A stretch of DNA of 64,000 bases, taken from Eledone cirrhosa. Its lineage: Eukaryota. The notes beneath the pieces were generated by a model that saw only the letters and a list, made by a program, of their open reading frames with translations, was not told the DNA's origin and searched no databases. Within the stretch, counting starts at the first letter, position 1, and each line of letters starts with the position of its first letter. Positions 24,210 through 37,305 of this stretch are shown here, piece after piece. The position numbers and the translations under genes were made by a program. The DNA is taken from contig OZ024741.1 in assembly GCA_964016885.1 (NCBI GenBank), forward strand, positions 69,626,001-69,690,000, given 5' to 3'.

Positions 24210-24793
24210 AAATGTGTTTGGCATTAGGAAGGGTATCCAGCCATAGAAACCAAGCCAGAAACAGATCTGTATGAGCAAGACATGGTTGCTTCACTTGACT
24301 TGCCTTATAATCGGACAACCCGTTTACCCATGTAAGCATAGAAAATACTCATTAAAAGGTGATGATATTGATGATGATATAGATATGTAAAGTGGTCATG
24401 TAGGAGTCATGACAAAAAGCACCCAGCCCACAGAGTAAACGTGGTCATGTAGGAGTCACGACAAAAAGCACCCAGCCCACGCTGTAAACATGGTCATGTA
24501 GGAGTCACGACAAAAAGCACCCAGCCCACGCTGTAAAGTGGTTGTGTAGGAGTCACAACAAAAAGCACCCAGCCCACACAGTAAAGTGGTTGTGTAGGAG
24601 TCACAACAAAAAGTACCCAACACACACTGTAAATGTGGTTGGCATTAGGAAGGGCATCCAGCTGTAGAAATCTAGCCAGAAACACTTCTATATGAGTAAG
24701 ATACGGTCAACTGACCCAATTTGCCCCAAATGGGAGAGCCCATCTAACCCATGCTAGTGTGGAAAGTGGACATTAAACGATGATGATGATGAT
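24210..24793 (+). mobile_element. Two RTE-tail SINE copies; the second has about six tandem 46-bp units (24385-24640)
   Basis: TTAGGAAGGGCATCCAGC core, (GAT)n tails, repeated GTAGGAGTCACGACAAAAAGCACCCAGCCCACGCTGTAAAGTGG. Confidence 0.85.
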
Positions 24794-26563
24794 ATATTCA
24801 ACATACTTCTGTAGTTTCTGTCTACCAACTTCCACTTACAAGGCAGGCATTGGTCAACTCAAGGCTGTAGTAGAAGACACTTGCCCAAGATGCCACACAG
24901 CAGTACTGAACCTAGGTCCATGTGGTTGTGCAACAAATACCTTAATTACTCAGCCATACTTGTACCGATTATGCACTTAGCTGTATTTTCTTTATATATT
25001 TTCATTTGATTGATTTTACTGTTTATCCACAGTTAAACACTGACTGAGAAGACCTAGGATCAGCGGTGTTCCAGCTACAATCGCCCCTATCTTTATTTCA
25101 GTCATTATACGATGTGTCCCTCTAGGGCCCCTACATTTCAATGAAGTATGCACAAATTTAGAAAAATCTTCAATGATATTCTTATTACACCATAGAATTA
25201 TTGTGCATTAGAGAACCCACCCAGAATATTCTGAAGCTCCCCAGAGCACCAAAGCCTTATGAGAGGCCTGTGCCTTCCTTATGGTAGTTTGTTATTTAAG
25301 ACAGATTTGACTTCTTTTTCTAATAAATTCAGAAATCAGTTAAAAGTTTCCTCATTGGCTTGCTACCTAATTTTTCATTTGGTTTTCCTATTTCTTTACA
25401 GAAGTTAGTTTTTATGCCTAAGTTTATAGGATAAAAACAGGGTTAGGAATTATTGTTGTTGTTTCAATTAATTATATGCATTTTTATATCAGAATACATT
25501 ATCATGTTATAGATAATAGTCAGTTAATCAATTGATTAGTCACTAATTGGTAATCATAAGCTATTGATAAACCCTTGTTGATAAACCCGTAATATATATA
25601 TATTATTACAGAAATAGAATAGGAAGAGAGGAATAGAGAGAGCTGTAGAGAAAGATTTAAGATATAAGAACACATATATATATTGAATTAGAAGCTTTCA
25701 CTGTATTTTGTACTACAGAAAATAATCTAATAACAGGACAATCTAATAAGCCTCCTGAATGGAAAGAAATGGGCACAATTCTGATATTTTAGTGTAAGAA
25801 GTAAACCATAACCAGATCACCCTTGGTGTGCCAGGTATCAAAGAAAGGGTTTATGTTATGCAGGTCCCACGATAATGCTTCTTATATGATTATAAGACTG
25901 ACGCACTGCCTACTGCGCTATCAAGGCAACTATGCTTCTTATAGACCTGTAGATTTCCTGGGTGAACAAAGTTTTGCTATGGCCAGCATGGAAAATAGTC
26001 ATTTGTTAAACAGTGATGATGATGATGATGATGAAGCCTCGTGTTAGTGCTTCTTTTAGATTTCCTGGGGAAGAAAGTTTTGCTGTTGGCATAAATTAAA
26101 CTGGAGCTTAAATTACTTTAAAGACAAATATACTGACAAACATACAGACATTAAACAAAAGCCATTTGTCCATTAGTGTATGTTTACTTATCAACTAGTG
26201 TTGACCTTCAAGCAAGTTGTATCATCTCTGTGGCTTCTATCATAGTAACCTATCCATTAAGCATTTACACATGTAGATGTGTGCATGTCTTCATGAATGT
26301 TTACATATATGTACAAACACACACATATATATTCATGTGTATAAAACTATCATCATCATCACCGTTATTTAATGTCTGGGGAATATGGATGTTAAATAAT
26401 GATATATATATATATATATATATTAAAGAGTTAAACAAGATTCAATGAGTACATCAAAAAATGAGTTTTACAGTAAATTGGAAGCACTCTACAGAAAATA
26501 ATTTTCCAGAGTTAATATTAAAATACAAATATTAATAAAATAGATGTTCTTTTGATCAATTAA

Positions 26564-26616
26564 ATTTTATTATACATATTTCAGAGGTACAACAGTACGT
26601 CCTCATCAGACAAAAT
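26564..26616 (-). ncRNA. Type I hammerhead ribozyme (canonical core) in a putative pLTR
   Basis: Minus strand: ATTTTGT-CTGATGA-GGACGTAC(TGTT)GTACCTCT-GAA-ATATGTAT-A-ATAAAAT; AUA triplet; (TA)n about 140 nt downstream. Confidence 0.85.
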
Positions 26617-26641
26617 ATAATGATACATGACATACCCTGAG

Positions 26642-27094
26642 ATGTTAAATGGTTAAGATTTAATCAAGGTAGTGATTAACCTAAGAGAAAACTCAACATT
26701 TATAACCTATATAATGAGAAAATGCGAAAACGTAATAAATTCAATAGAGGATGTATGAGTAAGAAAAACGTTGGTTAATGTGACAGCTATAGAGATTTTA
26801 AAATGTGCGATACTACAAGTTATGGTTATCTAGGAAAACGTCTCTTGAATTATAACTGTCTATGGAGGCAACTGATAGAAGATTTAAAGAGACGGAGAGA
26901 TAAAGGGGAGTAATATATGCAGAAAAAAATTTTTTTTCCTTAAAGGCTAAACGGTTAAGTTTCAAAATATTTAATTTATGTTATTTTAAGGGTGAAGAAT
27001 CAAAATTTTAAGTTTTTTAAAAGTTGATGGTTATTTATATTTATTAATTTTATAAATTCTATAAATGTGTTAACATTTCTAAAATTCTGAATTT
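26642..27094. repeat. Left arm of an inverted repeat of about 455 bp (right arm 29993-30448)
   Basis: Ends and interior match as reverse complements by eye, with few differences. Confidence 0.9.
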
Positions 27095-29019
27095 GCACAA
27101 ACTATATATAGCGTTAAACCATAACGGTATTGCGCAGAACTGGGTTGTATGAATGTAACAAGGAGACATGGTTTGTGTGTATAATATTTAATCAACAATT
27201 TAACAGTATAGTTGACATGTCAATGAATAAACGAAAGAATGAAGCAAAGTTAGTAGTTACCGTTTTGATTGCCAGGCAAACGCAGGCTGGCAGAAGACGC
27301 CTGGCGAAGGCCAGGCGCCGAAAGGGCTAATGAGAGGGTAAGAACTTAAAGTTGTTAGTTTTATAGGGTTCTGACCGGAAGTTACAGAAAGGGTTCTACT
27401 TCCCGTCTAGATGTTGTTAATCTATTGGGGTTGTGAGTCACAACAAGGGAGGCTACTGCTACATAACCTCCCGCCAGAATTTTAGAATATAAAAATCGAA
27501 TGAAATATGTAGCAAGTTGGCGAGAATGTTGTAACAGGCATGAAAATTACGACAAAAGAATGTTTGCAAAAATCACTGATAGATGTCAAGGTAGCCAACC
27601 GCTCTTGGCCAGAGAACGACTGGACATCTATCTATCCATCACCCAAAGATACAATGTAATAAAGTAAGAGAAGAGCTCAAAGTTCAAATGTACAAAATAT
27701 AGTTCACAGGTGTGCAATCACATGACAGCAGGAAAGAAAGTGTGTTCCAGAGAATGAATGCAGGTGGTTTCTGTTCTGTGGTATATCGTGAAATTTCCAA
27801 CCTCCGAATGGATTTTCTCACAGGAAGAGTGCTGCAAAAATAAATTCTCTGGCTTGTTCTGCTGGTTTTGGTTGTTGGTGAAGCTGTGTTGCTGTTGGTG
27901 TTGTTGTCTCGCGGAGTGAGCGTATTCGGTGTTTAAATTCACAGTAAAAAAAATTTTTTCAGAAAAAATGAGTTGCGCAAAGTGCTAGAAATAACAGCCG
28001 AAGTTGATGGTCGATGTTGAGAATGCGTTGACCTGGAAGGGTCAAGAGGCCAGCGACCAAAGAAATAAGCATTCTGAATAAATGCGCAGTTTTCAACGGC
28101 AAATTTACGTGGTAAATTTTTAAACCGGCAAATAGGAGAATATAGCTTAAGGCTGAAGAATCCTTGGCGAGAAACGTTATCTCTGTGAGTCGAGATATCT
28201 CTGTGAGTCGAGAATTTGTGCTGCCTACACGTGCCAATACAAGGTTAAGTTAAGTTTAAAAAATAATATTTCTAACGCGCGAGAAAATGATAGTGCAAGT
28301 GTGAAAGTGACAATGATGAAGAAGAAAGGCTTCACTTAGCATAATTATTGGTGTGAACTTTTGAAAAAAAAAAAAAAACTTGAACGATGAAGAAAACGAT
28401 GAAAACAAAAAGGCAATGGTTCATCGAAAATAAATGTTCCTGTTGAAATGTTTTTAAAAAAATATCAAATTTCTTTTTTTTTTTTTGTTTTGAAAGTGTT
28501 CGTTGTAAGAAACGAGAAACATATATATATATATATATATCGTGAAATGCGACAGTTAGTTGATGCGTGAGAGAAAAAGTCTGTCTGTGCGAAAATTTCA
28601 CATGTGCGTGGTGTGTTCGTTTCTTTGACTGAGTATTTTCATAGTTTGTCAATAAATTTGCTGTGTATTCGTAATGTTACTCACACAACACCAGATTCTG
28701 CTATTTTTTTCTTTTTTTCGGGGTGACCACTTATAACAATGAACAGCTGCGTGTTCGTATCACGTCAGGGTTACCAATATTGCGCAGAACTGGGTTGTTA
28801 GTTTTATAGGGTTCTGACCGGAAGTTACAGGAAGGGTTCTACTTCCCGTCTAGATGTTGTTAATCTATTGGGGTTGTGAGTCACAACAAGGGAGGCTACT
28901 GCTACAACGATAATTATGTTATTATACACTATAGATATATATGCAAAAAGAAAACAAAAGCTGAGATATACGTAACTAATAATATGATTATGTTATTATA
29001 CAGATACACTTATTTGCAA

Positions 29020-29590
29020 AAATAAAAATTAGGTATAGAGAGATATAGTAAGTATTAATGAGCCAGTATACATTTGGTGAATGATAACGAATATAAAATA
29101 ATAGATTCAAACATGCTAAAGTTAAATACATACATATATATAAAAGAGTGTAAAGGCATGAATTATTCACAGTTCAAAATAAATAATCTAAAAATTTTTA
29201 AATGATCTAAAAATTAGGTATAGAGAGATATACTAAGTATTAGTGAGACAGTATACTTTAGGTAAATGATAACGATTATAATCTTATATAATAGATTTCA
29301 ACATGCTAAAGTTAAATACATACATATATATAAAAAGAGTGTAAACGCATGGATGATTCACAGTTCAAAATAAGGTCCGTAAAAATTTACAGGTTGGATA
29401 TTTGCACTATATTTAAATCATTGATAGAAAAATATAAAGGTAGGTATATTTAAAAACTTACAAAAGATAAGTACATACATATTATAAATAAAAAAGTGTA
29501 AACACATGAATGATTCACAGTTAAAAATAAGTTCCGTAAAAATTTACAGGTTGGATATTTAAACTAAAATTAAAACTTAGATAGGAAAAT
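29020..29590. repeat. Diverged tandem duplications of about 160-190 bp in an AT-rich PLE 3' UTR
   Basis: Recurring TTCACAGTT(C)AAAATAA and AAAATTAGGTATAGAGAGATATA. Confidence 0.75.
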
Positions 29591-29754
29591 AAAGATAGAG
29601 AAATAATGGTATGGATCAAAGTTAATAATATTTTGTTATGTATATCAGCGTGTTATTGAACAAGTGTCATTCATTCTATAGATAGTTATAAGATAAAGCA
29701 ACATTAAAAGCCATTAAGGCTTTCACCTGTTGATTATTTACGTCTAATGGCTTA

Positions 29755-29853
29755 GTATTTTTTTCTGGTCTTATGGGAGGCTAAGAATGTAGACGTAGCT
29801 TTATGAAGGCAATTAGAGAATAATTCACTTTTTTTGTTAATTAGGGTCTCCAT
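29755..29853 (-). pseudogene. C-terminal remnant of a Naiad GIY-YIG domain
   Basis: Minus-strand translation METLINKKSELFSNCLHKATSTFL parallels LNKKSEAISACKHKLHKTFL. Confidence 0.75.
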
Positions 29854-30462
29854 TGTACAGAGCGCACACATACCGAAAATGTTGACATTCTTATAGGTAA
29901 TTTTCGTTAAAGACTACATTTATGAAAAAATATTCAACAGTGTAAATTTTCCTTTCGCTGGCCAAGTAAATCCTTTAAATTTTGTCCTCATAAAATTCAG
30001 AATTTTAGAAATGTTAACACATTTATAGAATTTATAAAATTAATAAATATAAATAACCATCAACTTTTAAAAAACTTAAAATTTTGATTCTTTACCCTTA
30101 AAATAACATAAATTAAATATTTTGAAACTTAACCGTTTAGCCTTTAAGGGAAAATTTTTTTTTTCTTTTTCTGCATATATTACTCCCCTTTATCTCTCCA
30201 TCTCTTTAAATCTTCTATCAGTTGCCTCCATAGACAGTTATAATTCAAGAGACGTTTTCCTAGATAACCATAACTTGTATCGCACATTTTAAAATCTCTA
30301 TAGCTGTCACATTAAGCAACGTTTTTCTTACTCATACATCCTCTATTGAATTTATTACGTTTTCGCATTTTCTCATTATATAGGGTATAAATGTTGTGTT
30401 TTCTCTTAGGTTAATCACTACCTTGATTAAATCTTAACCATTTAACATTAAATCTTAACCAT

Positions 30463-31452
30463 TTAACCATTACGGTTTCTATGTTGTTTATTATTTTTAT
30501 AGGTTGTATCGTGATGTTTACTAGGAGGATTAATGTTAATGACCTCACCACGCACATTTTTAGTTAGATTTATTGATTTAGGTGTTTTATCATGTTTATT
30601 AGGAGTTTTATTATTAACATTTATTAGAGTTGTATGATGAGTAGTTTTTTGAGAGTTACTATACTTTATATTAGAGGAGTTGTTGGTATTTTGGGGTATA
30701 GTGTGGGTGGCATTTAGGTGTGTACTTTTCATTTGGTGTTTGTTGGTAATATTAGGTTGTATGTTTATAGTATTTTTAGTAGAAGGTATATATTCTAATC
30801 TATTTTTGTGGCCACTTCTATCTAGAGCTTCGTTATAGAAGGTCGCATTTTTATCAAATACATCTTGGTTAGACGAAAGGTTAGAAATTCTAAGTGATAT
30901 ATTATATGCAAGGTTTTTAAGGATAGATTTAGGGTGATTAGATTGTGAGTGTATGTAGTGTAAGTTTTGGTTGGGTTTATGGTAAGGTTGGTAGATACCC
31001 GTAGCTAAGTCTAAAGTTATATCTAGGAAATTAACTACTTTACTTGTGTTTTCAAAAGTAATATGAAGACTATAATAGTCTTTAAGGAAAGTTCTAATAA
31101 GCTTTTTGTTTTTTTCTATTTCTGAGAGGCTAAGGTTGTTGGAAAGAAGAAGACAGTCATCACGATATAAACCACCTTTAAGGTGGGGAAAGGAAGCATT
31201 TATGTTGAAAAGAAGAAAGAGGCCCACAAGATCAGTAATTTGGGCAGAATCGCTTGAACCCATAGTAATATCAAATAGATTACTATATGTGTTTCTGGTC
31301 CAGTATTCATTCTGAAATTCAATAAGTGTTAGTCTAGCATGTGTAATAATATTAATGTAATCCAAAGTTAAGTTAGATCTATTTTTAGCAAATATCAAAG
31401 CTTTGTTCAGGAGTATAGGTGATATAGAAGAGTAATAATTATCTATAATTAT
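30463..31452 (-). CDS. Partial Naiad-type Penelope reverse transcriptase (core and thumb), 5'-truncated; the N-terminal part of the listed ORF is microsatellite
   Basis: [55 protein letters not shown]. Confidence 0.9.
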   Translation of the reverse strand: MIIDNYYSSISPILLNKALIFAKNRSNLTLDYINIITHARLTLIEFQNEYWTRNTYSNLFDITMGSSDSAQITDLVGLFLLFNINASFPHLKGGLYRDDCLLLSNNLSLSEIEKNKKLIRTFLKDYYSLHITFENTSKVVNFLDITLDLATGIYQPYHKPNQNLHYIHSQSNHPKSILKNLAYNISLRISNLSSNQDVFDKNATFYNEALDRSGHKNRLEYIPSTKNTINIQPNITNKHQMKSTHLNATHTIPQNTNNSSNIKYSNSQKTTHHTTLINVNNKTPNKHDKTPKSINLTKNVRGEVININPPSKHHDTTYKNNKQHRNRNG

Positions 31453-31454
31453 CT

Positions 31455-32072
31455 GAGTTGTGTAAGCGTGTGGTTGTATGTGTATATACATACATGGATA
31501 TGTGTATGTGTGTGTATATATACGTATATGTATGTGTGTGTGTGTATATATATGTGTGTGTATGTGTATATATATATATGTGTGTGTATATATGTGTGTA
31601 TATATATGTATGTGTATATATATATGTATATATATGTATGTGTGTATATATATATACATATTTGTGTATATATATATGTGTGTTGTGAATATATGTATAT
31701 ATATATGTGTGTATGTATGTGTGTCTATGTATTTATATATGTATATGTATGTGTCTCTATATATATATATGTATGTATATATATATATATATGTATATAT
31801 ATATGTATATATGTATGTATATATATATATATATGTATATATGTATATCGGTGTATATTTTATGTATGAGTATATAGTTTACTTGTTTATATTTTTTTTA
31901 ATATATTTATTTTTATTTTTAAATTTATAGATACATTTTATAAATAGGCAGTTCTCTGACACCCTTAGTAATTACTGACCCCCCTTCCTATTTCTGCATC
32001 TGGATTAAAATATATGTGGCAGTGTTTATGTGTGCGCATTAATATCCATATAGTTATAATAATAATATATAC

Positions 32073-32126
<54 letters not shown>

Positions 32127-32820
32127 TCGTGGGTATGTTTATGTGTATATGCGCGTGTGTGTGTGAATGTATGTATATATGTGTGTATATATGAATGTAT
32201 ATATGTTTATATACGTATGTGTATTTTATCTGTAGATTATAAACATACAGAGACATTAGCCCTGAATTTTTGTATTTACATACATTTTTTCGACATGCGT
32301 ATGCATGTGAACATATATTTTTATGCATATCTGTGAACGAAGTTACTTACATATATACACACACCTAACTGTATTTTCTTGATATATTTTTGTGTATTTC
32401 ATTGGTCAATTTGAACTCTGTTCCCAAACAGACCTGTAATTTTGAATTGTTGTTATTATCAATAAATATATTTCATTATTTCTGAAGACGGCATGTGTAT
32501 GTGTTTGGTATGTATATTATATTTGATAGTTTGTATAATTTTGTATAATTTTGTACATAGATCTGTTGAATATGCATGCCAATTCTAACACATATATGTC
32601 CTAGAAACGATCGTTAAATAATGAACTTTTTTTGTTTAATATAAGGAACTGTTTCATTGTTTTATTCATTATTTTTTTAATACTTTATCTTGACTCTGTA
32701 TTCCGTTTATCTTTCACCGAAAGTGATTTTTGAATGCATCTCTTCTTTCCATGATATCCGGATTACATTGAGTTCTTCATACGGATTGGACACTACCGTA
32801 AACTCTTGGTAGATTTATCT
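31455..32820 (+). mobile_element. TG/TA-rich 3' UTR and pLTR in inverted orientation upstream of the minus-strand RT
   Basis: Architecture parallels 1410-2070; contains a hammerhead and ends at (TA)n. Confidence 0.6.
32472..32625 (+). ncRNA. Type I hammerhead ribozyme with a greatly extended stem II
   Basis: 10-bp stem I TTCATTATTT/AAATAATGAA; CTGAAGA; about 115 nt; GAAAC-GATC-GTT with palindromic ACGATCGT. Confidence 0.8.
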
Positions 32821-33095
32821 ATCTATATATATATATATATATATAATATACCTATATATATATAATATACCTATATATATATAATATACCTATACAAACA
32901 TTCATATGCATGCATATAATTACAAGGTGAGACAGTTAAGGCTTAGCTCCAAGTCCCTCCACCCCATCTCACATAATTGTTTAAATTGTTAAACCGGTTA
33001 AGTTAATGTAACTATATCTTCTTAAAGACTCCAAGTGCATTTTCAACTTCTTTTCTTTATATTTCTACCAATGTGGAATAAAAAAAACTTTTTTC

Positions 33096-33134
<39 letters not shown>

Positions 33135-33137
<3 letters not shown>

Positions 33138-33336
33138 TTGTGTAGTTGTCACAACAAAAAGCACCCAGTACTCACTGTAAATGTGGTTGATGTTAGGAAG
33201 GGCATCCAGCTTTAGAAACCAAGCCAAAATTGGTTCTGTATGAGCAAAACATGGTCATCTGACCTCGGCATGCCTCAAATAGGATAACCTGTCTAGCATG
33301 GAAAATGGACATTAAATGGTGATGGTGAGATGATGA
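33135..33336 (+). mobile_element. RTE-tail SINE fragment with one unit
   Basis: CACCCAGTACTCACTGTAAATGTGG...TTAGGAAGGGCATCCAGC...(GAT)n. Confidence 0.8.
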
Positions 33337-33609
33337 TATATATAAATATATATATATATATAATAATAAAGTATGAATTCCTATGTGTAAAAAATACATA
33401 TAGGGAAACAAGTATTATCCAACCATATGCCAATGTGATTCTATGGCGGGTTAATAAATTAACAAGCCAGAACATATAAAATCAAGGTCTAGCAAATAGA
33501 GAAAAAGTTTTAAAATAAATTAAAAAAAATTTGCTGTACTTACTATATGTGCCTTTACTGCGGTTTCATGCTCCAGAATAAACGGAAAATCCAAGCGGAT
33601 TTCCATATA

Positions 33610-34630
33610 TTTGCTGAGATTTTGTATGCAAACTGCAATGCTACATGGCAGTGAAACATGTGCCTTGACTGCAGAAAACCTGTGGTCGCTAGAAAGAAAT
33701 GGGTCAAGTATTCTTCAATGGATGTGTAATGTTAGTGTGCATACATGACATAATATAAGCAAAGTGAAGTAAAAGTTTGACACAAGAGGAATTGGATATA
33801 GTGTGCAAGAGAGAAGACTGAGTTGGTATGGAGATGTGGGGCATGTTGAAGATAGCAGTTGCATAAAAACAACAAAGAAATCCCATTGGCTATGTGACTT
33901 GTGGGAGAGATAGACTCAGGAAGACCTGGGATGAGGTTATGAAGATCGACCTTAAAAATTAAACTTCACAACAGACATGACTGTGAGGCTAGCATTATGT
34001 TGTGCTGGTGAAGACCTGGCCAACAGCATAGAATGTGGCCTGACTTATCCCTGTGTCCCTCCTTCCACTAGCACTTCCTAGCAGCTATCCTCACCATCAC
34101 TACATCCCCACTCCACCCATGCCCTCTCCTGTATTAATTCCTTAGCTGTTGCACCCCCCCCCCTCTTCAAACACTTAGATACCCATACTATCGCACCCTA
34201 GTAGCTACCCTCTTCATTTCAAGGCACTCCATACCCCTTCACTATCACTCCTTAGCTATTCTCTCCATAACTTCACTACCCCTTCCTGGCGCTGGTGAGT
34301 GCCAGCACTAATGACCAAACAATCTATACTTCCCACCTTCACCACATCAGTGTTCGCATCACCACATTCCTTTCCTCACTCCTCACCCTGTCAAATCACA
34401 TCACACTTACTATAACTTCATATTTATCCCCCTTCTATTGCCCCCATTCCCCACATGTGATTGGCTACAAGAAGGACACTGTGGTGTGACAACCTCTCTA
34501 ATGTTAGTGGACTACATGATAAACACACCCAGTACATGCTGTAAAGTGATTGGGTATAGGAAGGGCATCCAGCTATAGAAAACTTGCCAGACAATGGGTT
34601 GGGAGGACCCTTCAGTTGTGTCAAAGACAT
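33610..34630 (+). mobile_element. Old degenerate RTE LINE 3' end
   Basis: MLHGSET, WMCNVSV and RLSWYG remnants; 3' UTR core at 34500-34590. Confidence 0.75.
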
Positions 34631-35001
34631 AACAACCTCTCCTGTGTATTTAGTAGAATGTGAGACCGTACGTAAGTGTGATGCAGACTCCCAGGTACTA
34701 AGAATTTAATTTCATTGATATGAATTTTAGCTGTCATGTCCTTTAGCTCATTTTGCTATGGCCTTTATCTAGAATAATAAAGCTGTTATTTTCTGTTTTG
34801 TATTTTATCTATTTATTTTTTATTTGTGATATTTCAATGGTGTGGGTTATATGAGTTAATTCCAGTGTCACATAACAGCATATAATTTGTTTTGCTCTGT
34901 TTCTTTGTGATGTAGTGATGGCTATAGACCAGTGAAATGATGGTGGCCTTTGTTATTTTACCCAGTCAATTTAGTATGAAGTGGTGGGAAAAGTTTGTTA
35001 A

Positions 35002-35233
35002 CACTTTTGTGACCAACCCGGCCAAAACCAGCTCTGGATCTATGAAATAAAGCCACCCATTTTAAAGTGTTCCAATTTAAATTAAAATCTTCTAACATAA
35101 TTTTATATAAAAATCTTACATTCAGTTACTATCTTAGTAATGAAATAATTAATAATTTTGGTAAATCCCTCGAAATTCTTCATTAATTAATTGAAATTGA
35201 ATGTATTTCATTAGAAATGCGGTCATTAAAGGG
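35002..35233. mobile_element. piggyBac-like MITE
   Basis: TTAA-CACTTTTGTGACC...GGTCATTAAAGGG-TTAA. Confidence 0.6.
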
Positions 35234-35319
35234 TTAAATTGTTTGTTTATAAATGAGAGATCTGTAGTATTTTATAAGTAAAGATAAAGACATACAAATA
35301 TATAGGTATATGAATATAC

Positions 35320-35505
35320 AATAATTGTTTCTACTTTTGGCACAAGGCCAGCAATTACCCAGTGTACTACTGGTACTTTATTTTATCGACCCCGTAAGGA
35401 TGAAAGGCAAAGTTAACCTCGACGGGATTTGAACTCAGAATGGCAAGGGCCGTAACTCTATGTGTCAAAGCATGGCGTCCGACCACCTACCGATACTGCC
35501 AATCG
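35320..35505 (-). mobile_element. tRNA-derived SINE
   Basis: Reverse complement of the 8198-8343 family, including the head. Confidence 0.88.
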
Positions 35506-35951
35506 ACATACAATAATGCTGTATACATATCAATATTTTGTGCATTTGAGGTGTTACATTATCACATTGGATTGAAGTACTCATATAGGGTCAACTTGAA
35601 GGTCTGAGATGTTTGATGTGGGAGTGTAGATGAAGAGTAAAGTTAAGAGTATGTGTGTATTTGCATGTATGTATAATCAAACCAAAGTCAGTGCCAACCT
35701 GAATATATACATTTACATATATATTTGCTTATATATACATACATACACAGAGCTACATAAAGTGCCTCACAGTTATGCTGTTAGAAGAGGTAAGTTTGGA
35801 ATAATGGTTTTTAATAGTCCTAATCAATTGAAAAGATGAAAGAATTAGTATGTGCAATATTCTAGTAGGTACTGGAATATCATGCATACTAAGCTTTGGA
35901 GTACAACCATGTCAAAGGGCACTATCTTGGAGGCAGATTTTAGACAGCTAA

Positions 35952-36165
35952 CCCTTTAGCATTTATATTACTCTATATATACTATTGTATTTTTGTGGTA
36001 AAGGCTTTATCTTACAAAATATTTCACATAATATCGAATCTATAAGATTTTGATGTTATATATTTTGAAAACAATAACTTATTATAAGTGGCCAGTTATG
36101 GCCAGTTTGAACAGGAAATGGTTAGATCATTCTGGCCGGATATGGCCGGTTTAAATGCTAAAGGG
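35952..36165. mobile_element. piggyBac-like MITE, same family as 22090-22582 in opposite orientation
   Basis: CCCTTTAGCATTTA...TAAATGCTAAAGGG-TTAA. Confidence 0.72.
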
Positions 36166-36399
36166 TTAAACTGAGTTAGTTATTCTGGAATAAGATTCAT
36201 TGGGAAAAGATGAGAAACTCGATACTCTGTTTATAAGCTTGACTATTAATCTTCCTTATGAGGAAATCTGTTTCAATGTGGTTACAGGTTATGCTATTCT
36301 GGTTGGGTTGGAATGTAGATATCTGTAGAGTCCTAAGAAAGTCTTCAATAATTTTACAGGCTATAATATCATGGATGGTTTATAGTGTTTTTAAAATGT

Positions 36400-36920
36400 C
36401 TTTGATACTTTGTGGAAAAGGTGCTACTGAATTCAGTTCTGTTTATTGTCTGGGGTCACCCTTAATGATTTCTATGGCTTCCATAATACATAGATCACAT
36501 CTATTGCCGAAGGAACCCACCCGTCCCCCGCCATAAAGATATGCTGTTTTCAATGCCGACCATGAAAAGGAGGGCTCTATATTTTTGTGTTTGAGATGAC
36601 ATTTCAGTTCAAATAGTACTGAGCTACCACGCTTGTTGATCCTATTAAATGAATAACAATGGTTGTACCACCTGTTCTTAAAGGTTGTTGCTGTCACCCC
36701 TACATACCTATATAGCCTATTTGTAGTAGTTACTCTGCACTCATATACAATATATTTGCATAAGCATCTTTTCTGTAGGGGTTAGATTATTAGGTTTCTG
36801 CTGTTGCCCTCCTTATTAGTTGCTAGGGTTGTGTTAGATTTCATGTTATTGGGGGTAGTTTATCGGCTGGTCAGACTGTATGATATTATGTCCTTTGATA
36901 AGGGCCACATGAGTTGTGAT
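36400..36920 (-). pseudogene. Degenerate Naiad-type GIY-YIG endonuclease
   Basis: PLQKRCLCKYIVYEC, YVGVTATTFKNRWYNH, RCDLCIMEAIEI. Confidence 0.82.
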
Positions 36921-37305
36921 GTTATTAGGGGATCATGTTTATTTGTTTATTAAGTTGTGTATGTCACCTGGTGTGTTCTTATTTACACTGTTCCCTTTTC
37001 AATCTAGTATAGTTTATTTTGGCCATGCTTTAGGCTAAGTTTTGAGTTGTTGAATAGAAAAGCTTCACAGTGTCATCATCATCATCAATGTCATCATTTT
37101 TACAATTAGATAGCAAGCCAATGAGGAAACTTCGCTCTGAACTTATTAGAAACATAAGTCTAATCTCTCTTAAATAACATGCTACCATCTGGCATAAGGA
37201 GGGAAACAGTGTATAATGACTGAAAGAAGGATGGAATAATTGTAGCTGGAACACCTGATATTCTCAGTAAAAATTTACATGAGGATGAATAACAACAAAA
37301 ACAGC

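Noticed and set aside
27150-27355. Intron loss explaining the difference between the two direct repeats
   Set aside because: GT-AG splicing would give CTGGTTGT, not the observed CTGGGTTGT; microhomology deletion fits better
31453-32340. ORFs rich in Y/I/C/V or H/T (also at 1791-2112, 4062-4433, 5390-5759, 9639-10080, 12030-12365)
   Set aside because: Translations of TA, TG or GA microsatellite-like sequence
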